Assembly (NCBI RefSeq): GCF_039654945.1
Contig: NW_027361792.1
Location: forward strand, 930,001-994,000
Direction: 5' to 3'
Source of the DNA: Dendrobates tinctorius
Taxonomy: Eukaryota
DNA length: 64,000 bases
The notes beneath the pieces are model-generated. The model was not told the origin of the DNA. It saw nothing but the letters and a program-made list of their open reading frames with translations, and searched no databases. The position numbers and the translations under genes are program-made. The first letter of the stretch is position 1, and every line of letters begins with the position of its first letter. Of the stretch, positions 45,301 through 57,039 are shown piece after piece.

Positions 45301-46183
45301 CGGCAGCGTCTCCGGACTTGTCTCCATTGAGCACATCAGGGACGTCATAGGTCGGTGATTACACAGGAGCTGCCGGCAGCATCTCCGGACTTGTCTCCAT
45401 TGAGCACATCAGGGACGTCATAGGTCGGTGATTACACAGGAGCTGCCGGCAGCGTCTCCGGACTTGTCTCCATTGAGCACATCAGGGACGTCATAGGTCG
45501 GTGATTACACAGGAGCTGCCGGCAGCATCTCCGGACTTGTCTCCATTGAGCACATCGGGGACGTCATTGGTCGGTGATCACACAGGAGCTTCCGGCAACG
45601 TCTCCAGACTTGTCTCCATCGAGCACATCGGGGACATCATTGGTCGGTGATTACACAGGAGCTGCCGGCAGCGTCTCCGGACTTGTCTCCATTGAGCACA
45701 TCAGGGACGTCATTGCTCGGTGATTACACAGGAGCTGCCGGCAGCGTCTCCAGACTTGTCTCCATTGAGCACATCGGGGACGTCATTGGTCGGTGATCAC
45801 ACAGGAGCTGCCGGCAGCGTCTCCAGACTTGTCTCCATCGAGCACATCGGGGACATCATTGGTCGGTGATTACACAGGAGCTGCCGGCAGCGTCTCCAGA
45901 CTTGTCTCCATTGAGCACATCGGGGACATCATTGGTCGGTGATTACACAGGAGCTGCCGGCAGCGTCTCCGGACTTGTCTCCATTGAGCACATCAGGGAC
46001 GTCATTGCTCGGTGATTACACAGGAGCTGCCGGCAGCGTCTCCAGACTTGTCTCCATTGAGCACATCGGGGACGTCATTGCTCGGTGATTACACAGGAGC
46101 TGCCGGCAGCGTCTCCAGACTTGTCTCCATTGAGCACATCGGGGACGTCATTGCTCGGTGATTACACAGGAGCTGCCGGCAGC
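42360..46183. repeat. Minisatellite, 73 bp unit GTGATTACACAGGAGCTGCCGGCAGCGTCTCCGGACTTGTCTCCATCGAGCACATCGGGGACGTCATTGGTCG, ~52 copies
   Basis: Unit starts at 42362, 42435, 42508 and so on. Confidence 0.98.
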
Positions 46184-46679
46184 GGATCCTGATGATTTGT
46201 ACACTCAGCAGCAGAACTTTCTTCGGACGACCATTAATAACCTCAGTGACAGCAGCCGAGGCCGGAGGTGCCGGGATCACTGCTCGAGGCTCAGACTCCG
46301 GATTGGACACATCCAGAGCTTATGACCAGGTTGTTACCTTTTTCACCAGCTGGCAGCACCCACTAATGGTTGTAACACAATGGGGCATTTCTTGTGCCCT
46401 CAGGAACCATTGTACTTTTTGTGCTGCTGTAAACATTGATATGGAGCGTCCGATTACCACTCCTAAGGCCATTATAGAAACTGACGGGAGGCCTATTACC
46501 CACAGAATGCAAAATGATGTGTCCCCACATATAGACAGCTTATGTCTGCACATCTTACCATGTCTCCATCCTGTGATTGTCAGAATTCCCCACTTTGCCG
46601 TCTTGGTGTTATAATTTCAATATATACATTGTAGCGAAGAAAGCTAGGATAGGGTTAAATCTTAGCACTGCAGGTCTCA

Positions 46680-47229
46680 GGCCTTTTTCACATTTCAGTT
46701 TTCTGGCGTCAGTCAAAATCCACCAGAGTGTGAAAAAACAGATCCGTTTCCGTTTTGTGACAAACGGATACCACCGGATCCGTTTTTGGACGGATCCGCT
46801 TTTAGTCGCTAGTGCATGAAATTTAAAGTAACGAGAGAGAGAGAGAAAGAAAGAGAGAGAGAGATATTTGCTGCCAGAACGGAATTTGGGGTTAAATATC
46901 ATGAAAAGAAATTCTTCCGGGCATGCTCAGTAGAAAAAGGCGTTGGCGGATTACGTCAATTAACGGTTGGCAACGGATCCGCCGCCCATAGGCGTCCATT
47001 ATAACGCATGGCGGACAGCGACAGATCCGTTGCTATCCGCGGTTTTAACACACACAAAAAAATCATTTAATTGTCCGTCCACTCAAGAGAGCGCACGCTC
47101 AAAATCCGCCGCAATGCAAGTTAATGGGGGAAAAAAACGGATCCGCCAAAAAAAAAAAATGGCAGATCCGTTTTTTTGCAAAACGGCGGATTTTGACTGA
47201 CATAAAAAAACTGAAGTGTGAAACAGGCC
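46680..47229. mobile_element. Harbinger-like MITE
   Basis: Imperfect TIR GGCCTTTTTCACATTTCAGTTTT...AAAACTGAAGTGTGAAACAGGCC; internal CGGATCCG repeats. Confidence 0.75.
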
Positions 47230-48631
47230 TAATATAGATGCACCTGGCTAGCTTTGACTAAGAACCATGAGTTCACCTGAGAGCTCTCTGTCTGCTGGAG
47301 GGTGAGCACAGTGGTGTATGCTAAAGCTGGTGAGTGACCAGCTAAAATGTGAGCTGTAGGAGAGCGACAAGCCAGAGCCCCAGAATCTCTGAACGGAAAC
47401 TGCTTGGGTCAGCTAGGAAAGCTGAGCAGTCTGTGTGTTGGAGCTGCAGAGAAACAAGTGGAAGCTGCAGCCTGTTCAGTGTGAATTGTTCCTGAAGTTG
47501 AACCCTTCTGTTTGGCGTTGAAAGCTGTTAGGGGTCAGGCTGAAGGTGATACCGAAACTCGTGGGATCGGCCTCTTCTGTTTATGAAGTCTGCTCTGGGA
47601 GAAAGGACGGCACTCTATTGGGGTGAGCCCGCACTGACATATGTGCTGCTGAATGAACCGGTTATTGGCTGTGACCTTTGTGCCCTGAAGAGGCAATTTT
47701 TGGTTTTAATTCATTTGGAGTTTTATGAAAGCAAAAAAATCAACCTGTTTGGACCAAATCATATTACCTGTGTGAACGCTGCGCAATGCCTACGTGAGGG
47801 CGTGAATCCCTACAATATATATATGACCTCTGTAATTACAGCCTTTCTCCTGAGACTAAATAAACGTATTTTGTCTCGCTGCATCCAAAAAGCAAAATGA
47901 GATCAGAAAGTTGCACGGATCCAAAAATGGTGATAAAAACGAAGGTTTGCACCGCGAAATCCCAAGTCCCGATACAAGACTACCAAACGGAAAATGCTAT
48001 AGATCTTGGAAGTGAAGAGGGGCCCTCTGGGACGGTAAGGGCCCGCATAGACCTGGAGCCGATGCTGATGGATAAGATGGCGATAAACCCTCATGGTCCA
48101 CATCCTCGATGTCTTTCTGCTGCACTGTCTGATCGCTGCCTGCAGGGGGCGCTCTCCTCTTATGTCACCACTTGTCTGGCCTGCACAGTACACAATGCCT
48201 CACTGACGTGGGCCCTGGGCTATGAGATGTAGATGTGGAGGAAAGTAGGACAGAGCTGGACTTTGGCTTTGCAGTCGGATATAATGGCTGGGTCTGTAGT
48301 ATCCAGCAAAGGCATAAACAGAGAGTTCTGACAACTAGGTCAGGAGAATGCAATCCCAAGCTGTGCGCCGTCCCTGTGCGCCGGGCTCATCAGTTCTATC
48401 AGACACTGATAGTTTCAAAGGTGTGAAATATTGCATATCCCGCGCACTGATCCGCATGGGAGCTGCATACAGATATAGTCTCTTCTACAATCCACCCACT
48501 TGGCAGGTGCTTGTCTGCGGATTTTGTAATCAGGTTCATAGCGGCAGACCCTCCATATTTCTGCTTCTGGTGGGCGCACGTATCTCCTCTCCAGAAAACA
48601 TAGGGGAACAAGGTTTGTACACAGGTGATAA

Positions 48632-49910
48632 TGGGACGCCCTCACACCCAGGGCTGTGGGGTACTCGGTACCGGGCCCGGTGGATCTCAATGGAAGTTGT
48701 CACTGTAGCTGTGACCCGGCCCGTGGCGCCCATTGTAAATGTTCAGTGTGAATGAATAAGTCGTGACGCCACCTGTGATGTTCGGCAATGTAGATGTTAT
48801 CCCGACGCTGCAGACAGATCCTCTGGGACTGATGGTGTGGTGCAGCAGTGATGGTATAGCCCTCCACAGGCAGGGCTGTTGTCCCCGGGCAGAGTAGATA
48901 TGGTGACACTTAGGTGGTGTAGTGTCAGGCGCAGGGGATGTAGCAGTGCCGGGCAGGTTGACGCTGGAATAAGTGGAGGACACCAGGGCTTGTAGTTCCA
49001 AAGCTTTACTCACAGTCTGTAGTACACACAGATGCCTGCATCCGTGCCGTGTCCTCCGGGTCTGGGACTCAGTCAACTCCCAGGCCAGATGGAATACTCC
49101 TTTCCAACACTCTGCCAACATGTGCCTTTCTGAACGTCTCCTCTTATAGTGCCTTTAGATGAAGTACTCCTAGTACTGAGTTACACTGGAGTTCCTCCTG
49201 TCTGATGTTCCTATGAACTCTACTTGTACAGCAGACAGCTGTAGCCTGCTTCGGGGACTCCTTGCTGCTAAGTCCCGGCTCACTATCCAAGTTGCTGTTG
49301 TGCCCCCAAGTCTTGTGTGGGAATAAAGCGGTCACTACTTCTATTCCTCCGGTGTCTGCTGCAGGACCATTAGTATCCGTACAACCTCGGGGACCGGGCC
49401 CCGGCCTTGCGCTTAGAACTTCTAGGAAGGGTTCTCCTCTCACCCACGTCCTCTGTTCAGTTTTACTCCTCACGTTCTGTACTAATCCTTTCTTTCTATG
49501 GAGAGTCAAGCTTTCAGTCTATGTGGCTCTCTCCCGCTTTCCCGTGCTAGCAGACCCAGATCACTGGGATCTGCTGCAGCACTTCCATCCATCTATCCCT
49601 CTCTCTAGGGATCTTCTCTCTCCAACCAACTACTGACTAACTGACTTAAACTATTCCCGCTCCTTGTAATGTAATCTAACTCCACCCACCTCCCAGCACG
49701 TTTCGTGTTCCAAGCAGGGAGCCACCAATGGGTGCTATGCTACACTCCAAGCAGGGAGCCGCCAAAGGTGCTTTGCTACAGTACTTTGTGGTGTGGGGTG
49801 CAGGTGTTGGAGTGTGGTCAGGTGTCTCCACCTTACCTGGATGGTGGGGTACCACACCTCAGGAGGAGGTGCAGTACCTCTGTGGCGACTGAACCCTCAG
49901 GAGCGCCACA
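48632..49910 (-). mobile_element. Solo LTR, copy B (same family as 18731-20017)
   Basis: TGGGACGCCC...GAGCGCCACA; 4-bp TSD ATAA at 48628-48631 and 49911-49914; colinear with copy A. Confidence 0.88.
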
Positions 49911-50014
49911 ATAACTTTCTGCGCATGCTCACTTCATTCAGACGACGCACTGCAGAGCCCCGTTTTTGGGATCAGAGGGGTTCCCCCCCAATGAGATATC
50001 ATCATCTACTTTAA

Positions 50015-50369
50015 AGGGGTTCTCTGGTGAAAACAAGTTATAACGTGTCCGTAGGGTGGGTGATTGTGTGAGTCTGAGCGCTGAGACCGGCGCCAATCAG
50101 CAGACTGGGGCACTTTACCCCCGATAGAATAGACCACCAATGTGCATGCCCAACCGCCGGTCCCTTCATCCCCTACGGGCAGCAGAGGGCTGCGCTCAGC
50201 ATCCTCCGACAGCCTCACAGAGAGTGAATGGTCTTCTGAGCAACCGCTCTGTCTGTAACAGGGATACAAATGCCCCATTCTGCCGGGATCGGTGCAGGTC
50301 CCAGCAACAGACACCCACTGACCGGTGAGTTATCACCTAGTCATCGCTTCTTTTCACCGGAGAACCTTC
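50015..50369. mobile_element. T2-type MITE
   Basis: TTAA|AGGGGTTCTCTGGTGAAAA...TTTTCACCGGAGAACC. Confidence 0.7.
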
Positions 50370-50432
50370 AAAGTTGCTGAGAGAGCAATGATGGACAGTA
50401 ATAATGCTGAAAGTGCCAAACTGTGCGCAAAC

Positions 50433-53400
50433 TAGTGCCACACAGTGCCATAGGGTGCCCTCATAGTGCCGCACAGTGCCAAAGGGTGCCCTCATAGTGC
50501 CGCGCAGTGCCATAGGGTGCCCTCATAGTGCCACACAGTGCCATAGGGTGCGCTCATAGTGCCACGCAGTGCCATAGGTGCGCTTATAGTGCCACACAGT
50601 GCCATAGGGTGCGCTCATAGTGCCACACAGTGCCATAGGGTGCGCTCATAGTGCCATAGGGTGCCCTCATAGTTCCACACAGTGCCATAGGGTGCGTTCA
50701 TAGTGCCGCACAGTGCCATAGGGTGCCCTCATAGTGCCATGCAGTGCCATAGGGTGCCCTCATAGTGTCACACATTGCCATAGGGTGCCCTCATAGTGCC
50801 GCGCAGTGCCATAGGGTGCCCTCATAGTGCCACACAGTGCCATAGGGTGCCCTCATAGTGCCGCGCAGTGCCATAGGGTGCCCTTATAGTGCCATACAGT
50901 GTCATAGGGTGTGCTCATAGTGCCACACAGTGTCATAGGGTGCCCTCATAGTGCCACGCAGTGTCATAGGGTGCCCTTATAGTGCCACACAGTGTCATAG
51001 GGTGTGCTCATAGTGCCACGCAGTGCCATAGGGTGCCCTCATAGTGCCGCGCAGTGCCATAGGGTGCCCTCATAGTGCCACACAGTGCCATAGGGTGCCC
51101 TCATAGTGCCGCGCAGTGCCATAGGGTGCCCTTATAGTGCCACACAGTGTCATAGGGTGTGCTCATAGTGCCACACAGTGTCATAGGGTGCCCTCATAGT
51201 GCCACGCAGTGCCATAGGGTGCCCTTATAGTGCCACACAGTGCCATAGGGTGCCCTCATAGTGCCACGCAGTGCCATAGGGTGCCTTCATAGTGCCACAC
51301 AGTGCCATAGGGTGTGCTCATAGTGCCAAGCAGTGCCATAGGGTGCCCTTATAGTGCCGTGTAGTGCCATAGGGTGCCCTCATAGTGCCATGCAGTGCCA
51401 TAGGGTGCCCTCATAGTGCCACACAGTGCCATAGGGTGCCCTCATAGTGCCGTGCAGTGCCATAGGGTGCCCTTATAGTGCTACACAGTGCCATAGGGTG
51501 CGCTCTTAGTGCCACACAGTGCCATAGGGTGCACTCATAATGCCATGCAGTACCATAGGGTGCCCTCATAGTGCTATGCAGTGCCATAGGGAGCCCTTAT
51601 AGTGCCACACAGTGCCATGGGGTGCGCTCATATTGCCGCGCAGTGCCATAGGGTGCCCTTATAGTGCCACACAGTGTCATAGGGTGCGCTCATAGTTCCA
51701 CACAGTGCCATAGGGTGCCCTTATAGTGCCACGCAGTGCCATAGGGTGCGCTCATAGTCAGTGGCGGATCTTAATAGGGGTGAATGGGGCGGTCGCCCCG
51801 GGCCCAAGGTTTTTTGGGGGCCCAGGGGCAGGGGCGGGCTGGGCCGGGTGTCAGAGAGGCAAATGCCCCCCCGGGCCGCTCCCCCAGCACCTGTACAGTG
51901 CCGGCCGTGCCCTGTGCTGTGACGCCGCCAGCAGCAGACAGCCGCCCGCGTCACATTCTATGAGGCCGGGGCCGGGAGCTGTGCACGGCCGTCACCTTGA
52001 CGGCTGCTCAGCTCCGGCTCCCTCCGGCTGTACTTCCGGGTCAAATGTCGGGCGTGCGCGATGACGTCATTGTGCACGCGGCGACATGTCCCGGAGGATG
52101 CTGAAAGCAGAGGCGCTGCTGGGGAGCGAGCCGGCTGTGAGGTAAGTATGGGGAACTTTTTTTATTTTTTTTTATTTATAAAATGAATTAAATGGGGGAG
52201 GGGGTGAGTGGGGGCTGTACACAATGAAGGGGGGGGTGACTGGGGCCTGTATATGATGACGGGGGGGTGACTGGGGGCTGTATATGATGAAGGGGGGTGA
52301 GTGGGGGCTACACAGGATGAAGGGGGTTGAGTGGGGTTGTACAGGATGAAGGGGGGTGACTGGGGTTGTACAGGATGAAGGGGGGTGACTGGGGTTGTAC
52401 AGGATGAAGGGGGGATGAGTGGGGACTTCACAGGATGAAGGGGGGATGAGTGGGGGCTTCACATGATGAAGGGGGGTGAGTGGGGCTACACAGGATGAAG
52501 GGGGTTGAGTGGGGTTGTACAGGATGAAGGGGGGTGACTGGGGTTGTACAGGGATGAAGGGGAGTGACTGGGGTTGTACAGGATGAAGGGGGGATGAGTG
52601 GGGGCTTCACAGGATGAAGGGGGGATGAGTGGGGGCTTCACATGATGAAGGGCGGTGAGTGGGGCTGCACATGATGAAGGGGGGTGAGTGGGGCTGCATA
52701 TGATGAAGGGGGGTGAGTGGGGCTGAACATGATGAAGTGGGGGATAAGGGGGACTGCACATGATGAATTAAGGGGTAAGTGGGACTGCACATGATGAATT
52801 AAGGGGTAAGTGGGACTGCACATGATGAATTTGTGGTAAGGGGGACTGCACATGATGAATTGGGGGTAAGGGGGACTGCACATGATGAATTGGGGGTAAG
52901 GGGGACTGCACATAATGAATTGGGGGTAAGGGGGACTGCACATGATGAATTGGGGGTAAGGGGGACTGCACATGATGAATTGGGGGTAAGGGGGACTGCA
53001 CATGATGTGGGGGTAAAATTAACTGCACATGATGATCGGGGAGTGGGGCTGCACATGAAGTTGGGGGGGAAGGGGACTGCACATGATGAAATGGAAGGGG
53101 GGATAAGGGGCTGCAAATGATGAAGCGGCACTGCAGATGAAGTGAGTGGGTGATAGGGGACTGCAATGGATGAAGTAAGGGGACTTCAAATTAAAGTGGG
53201 GACATTAAAGTGGATCCCCTATGGCCAGGATCACATTGGGCGATTTTGTGCGTATTGGCCATAGGCCTACAGCTTATGTGCAACGTCTTTTTAGGCCATG
53301 TCCACACGTGGTGGAATGGTGGCGGGTTTTCCGTATGGACCCGCAGCAAACCAAGTGCTGCGGTCCGTACGGCTGTCAATTCCCGCACGGGGACCGCAGC

Positions 53401-53914
53401 GATCAGGTGGGAAGGGGGGTACAGGGGCCCAGGTTTTATGAACAGCCCCGGGCCCATAGTCCACTTAATCCGCCACTGCTCATAGTGCCACGCAGTACCA
53501 TAGGGTGCCCTCATAGTGCTACGCAGTGCCATAGGGAGCCTTTATAGTGCCACACAGTGCCATAGGGTGCGCTCATATTGCCACGCAGTGCCATAGGGTG
53601 CCCTTATAGTGCCATACAGTGTCATAGGGTGCGCTCATAGTTCCATGCAGTGCCATAGGGTGCGCTCATAGTGACACGCAGTGCCATAGGGTGCTTGCAG
53701 TGCCATAGGGTGCCCTTATAGTGCCACACAGTGCCATAGGGTGTGCTCATAGTGCCACACAGTGCCATAGGGTGTGCTCATAGTGCCACACAGTGCCATA
53801 GGGTGCCCTTATAGTGCCACGCAGTGCCATAGGGTGCACTCATAGTGCCACGCAGTGCCATAGGGTGCCCTTATAGTGCCACGCCGTGCCATAGGGTGCC
53901 CCCATAGTGCCACG
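50433..53914. repeat. 31 bp minisatellite ATAGTGCCACACAGTGCCATAGGGTGCCCTC (50433-51758 and 53479-53914), split by a hAT insertion
   Basis: The same unit resumes after the insert with an 8-bp phase duplication. Confidence 0.95.
51759..53478. mobile_element. Non-autonomous hAT-like transposon carrying an internal ~29-30 bp minisatellite (52195-53180)
   Basis: TIR CAGTGGCGGAT...ATCCGCCACTG; 8-bp TSD CTCATAGT at 51751-51758 and 53479-53486. Confidence 0.9.
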
Positions 53915-54500
53915 CTTCACCCCCAAAGTCACAATGGCAAACTGTTCGCACATAGTATCAACATACAGCCACATAGTGTCCGATAGTGCGAGGAGATCCA
54001 TCCATCACTAGTCCACTGTATATAAATACCCAGTGTAAGGTAAGAACTCATCACCGTTCCCCATTATTTAGCTCCACGGCCTGAGACACAACATTTTCCC
54101 CTTTGGAATCTGAGTAATTTGTGGTGACGTCGATGCGAAGCTTCTTCCTCATAAATGTCAAGAAACTCAAAACTAGAAAGTCCAGATTACTCCGCAGAGA
54201 GGACAGACTTCGCTGCTTTTGTAGCTCAGCGCTGCAGCCATCGTCGTCGCTCACGTCCCTATTTTGGCTCACAATCACGTTCCCAGTCAGTGCACGTCAG
54301 TGTAGGAGGAAATCCTGGCAACTAACACAAGAACATACAGACTCCATGCTCAGTACCCAGGACCAGGGCCGCCATCAAAGCATTACTGCAATTACTGGAG
54401 TATGGGGCCCGGTGAGCAGAGGGGGCCTAGACTGGGCCCCCCACCTTCTGCTCACCGGCCCCCAGTGCAGGATCCTGCTGGTTCAGTTGAAATCTATTAA

Positions 54501-54810
54501 GGGTGTGTGCACACGCTGCGGATTCTGCTGTGGATTGATCCGCACGGATTTTGCAAAATCCGCAGGTAAATCCGCAGGTCAAAAGATTTGCGGATTAGCC
54601 TGCGGTTTTGCCCTGCGGTTTATCATCTCTACAATGGAGGCGATGGTAAACCGCTGCAGATTCTGCAGAAAGAATTGACATGTCAATTCTTTCTGCGGTT
54701 TAGAAACTGCAGCAAATCCGCGTGGAAAAATATGCACCGTCTGCACTGCAGTTTTTGATTTCCATAGGTTATAATGGTGCTGTACACCGCAGCAGAAACT
54801 GCACACACCC
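54501..54810. mobile_element. Harbinger-like MITE (same family as 11640-11997)
   Basis: TAA|GGGTGTGTGCA...TGCACACACCC|TAA. Confidence 0.85.
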
Positions 54811-54984
54811 TAAGTCTTGTACCCGACAATAGTTAACAGTCGCCAGCCAATCACAGACCGGCAGATGACATTACCGAAGTATGACGTCCCTGCCATGCAC
54901 CGGCGTGTCGGTTCCTCAGGTGGATGAAGGAGAGGACGCCACTGAGGATTTTTTCTTTTTTTACTTTTTTTGTAAAGACACACT

Positions 54985-55865
54985 ATGGGGGCAGGAGAGA
55001 CATGGGGGGGCAGTATGGAGATACATGGGGGGCCATGTGAAGAGACATGGGGCAGTGTGGAGAGACATGGGGGCAGTGTGGAGAGACATGGGAGCAGTGT
55101 GAAGAAACATGGGGGCAGTGTGAAGAAACATGGGGGCAGTGTGAAGAAACATGGGGGCAGTGTGAAGAGACATGGAGGCAGTGTGAAGAAACATGGCGGC
55201 AGTGTGAAGAGACATGGGGGCAGTGTGAAGAAACATGGGGGTAGTGTGAAGAAACATGGGGGCAGTGTGAAGAGACATGGGGGCAGTGTGAAGAGACATG
55301 GGGGCAGTGTGAAGAAACATGGGGGCAGTGTGAAGAAACATGGGGGCAGTGTGGAGAGACAGGGCAGTGTGGAGAGATACGGGGGCAATGTGGAGAGGCA
55401 TGGGGGCAGTGTGGAGAGACATGGGGGCAGTGTGGAGAAATATGGGGGGTAGTGTGGAGAGGCATGGGGCAGTGTGGAGAAATATGGGGGGGTAGTGTGG
55501 AGAGGCATGGGGGCAGTGTGGAGAGATATGGGGGCAATGTGGAGAGGCATGGGGCAGTGTGGAGAAATATGGGGGGGTAGTGTGGAGAGGCATGGGGGCA
55601 GTGTGGAGAGATATGGGGGCAATGTGGAGAGGCATGGGGCAGTGTGGAGAAATATGGGGGGCAGTGTGGAGAAATATGGGGGGCAGTGTGGAGAAATATG
55701 GAGGGCAGTGTGGAGAAATATGGGGGCAATGTGGAGAGATATGGGGGCAGTGTGAAGAGACATGGGGGCAGAATGGAGAGACATGGGGCAGAATGGAGAG
55801 ACATGGGGCAGAATGGAGACACATGGAAGCAGAATGGAAAGACATGGGGACAGAAATGAGACACA
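54985..55865. repeat. Purine-rich ~21 bp minisatellite GGGGCAGTGTGGAGAGACATG
   Basis: Tandem units; 7-aa HGGSVKK periodicity in spurious ORFs. Confidence 0.95.
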
Positions 55866-56178
55866 TAGGGTTCAAAATGGAGTACATATGGGACCAGGAT
55901 ATGTGACATTATTACTGTAGGGGCTTATTACTGTGGTGATGTGTTTTATTTTTGAGGTTATTGTTTTTAGTGAGGGGAGGAGAAGTACTGTTACTGTGCA
56001 GGGTGACACTGTCACTTTTTTTTCTTCATCTGGAGAAGTGTAGAAGTTGGGGAAAAATGGTGCATCTGCTCTGGAAGTGGAGCTCTAGATAACTGTTATT
56101 TTCTGCAGAGACGAGTCCTGGCTGCAAGAAGTGATGGCGATCTGTGCTGGATGAAGATGAAGGACTTCAATTCAATTC

Positions 56179-56356
56179 AATGTCACTGGCAATCCCTGTA
56201 TTACCTGTACACTATATACAGAGCTCCTGTGTAAAATGTCACTGGTGATCACTGTATTACCTGTACACTATATACAGAGCTCCTGTGTATAATGTCACTG
56301 GTGATCACTGTATTACCTGTACATTATACACTATATACAGAGCTCCTGTGTATTAC
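56179..56356. repeat. Three tandem copies of ~56 bp AATGTCACTGGTGATCACTGTATTACCTGTACACTATATACAGAGCTCCTGTGT
   Basis: Direct inspection. Confidence 0.85.
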
Positions 56357-57039
56357 ATTGTGCTTGGTGATGTATGGCTGTGTCCAGCCGTTTGGCCATG
56401 AAGCTCCGGGCGGGGGCTCAGTGTTACGGCTGATGTTAATACTAGTGGAGGTTTGGGGTCTGCCAAGAATTGGTGACTTTTCTGCCCTCCGCTCCTCGGC
56501 ACTTGGCCCCCTGCTCTGTAATATTATGGGGTCTCCATTTCGTGGCTGAGTTGATGCTTTTCCTTCCACTTCTCTATAATATCACTCCCAGGAGATGTAG
56601 AAGATCCAGGAGGAAGAAATGTCATGGACGGGCTTGTTACCCCGATGTTATACTCTGGGGGGCAATGGGACTGAAGGAGAAAATGGAATTCAGTGAATAA
56701 ATGTGCAGCCCTTTATCTTTCGGCACATAGTGTATGTTGTCGCTTACTATGACCACTTCTTATAAAGGGCAGTGGCTCAATCATTATCACTATTACTGTA
56801 CACTAAGGGCCCAGGGTGCGAATCTGACTAAATGATCAAGTGTTTATGCGTTCGGCTCCATTCACAGCTGTAAAATAATGCTGCATGATGTTATGTCATC
56901 CGCTAAGGCCTCTTTCACACATCATTTTTTTGCCATCAGTCACAATCCGTCATTTTTTGAAAAATACGGATCCAGCGACAGACAAAGTAACGTTTTTTGT
57001 GTACGTCGAAAAGTCGGACAGCACCACTTCCTACCAGAC

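Noticed and set aside
18731-49910. One giant provirus carrying ACP2 and DDB2 between two LTRs
   Set aside because: Each LTR has its own distinct TSD, and the genes are in ancestral synteny
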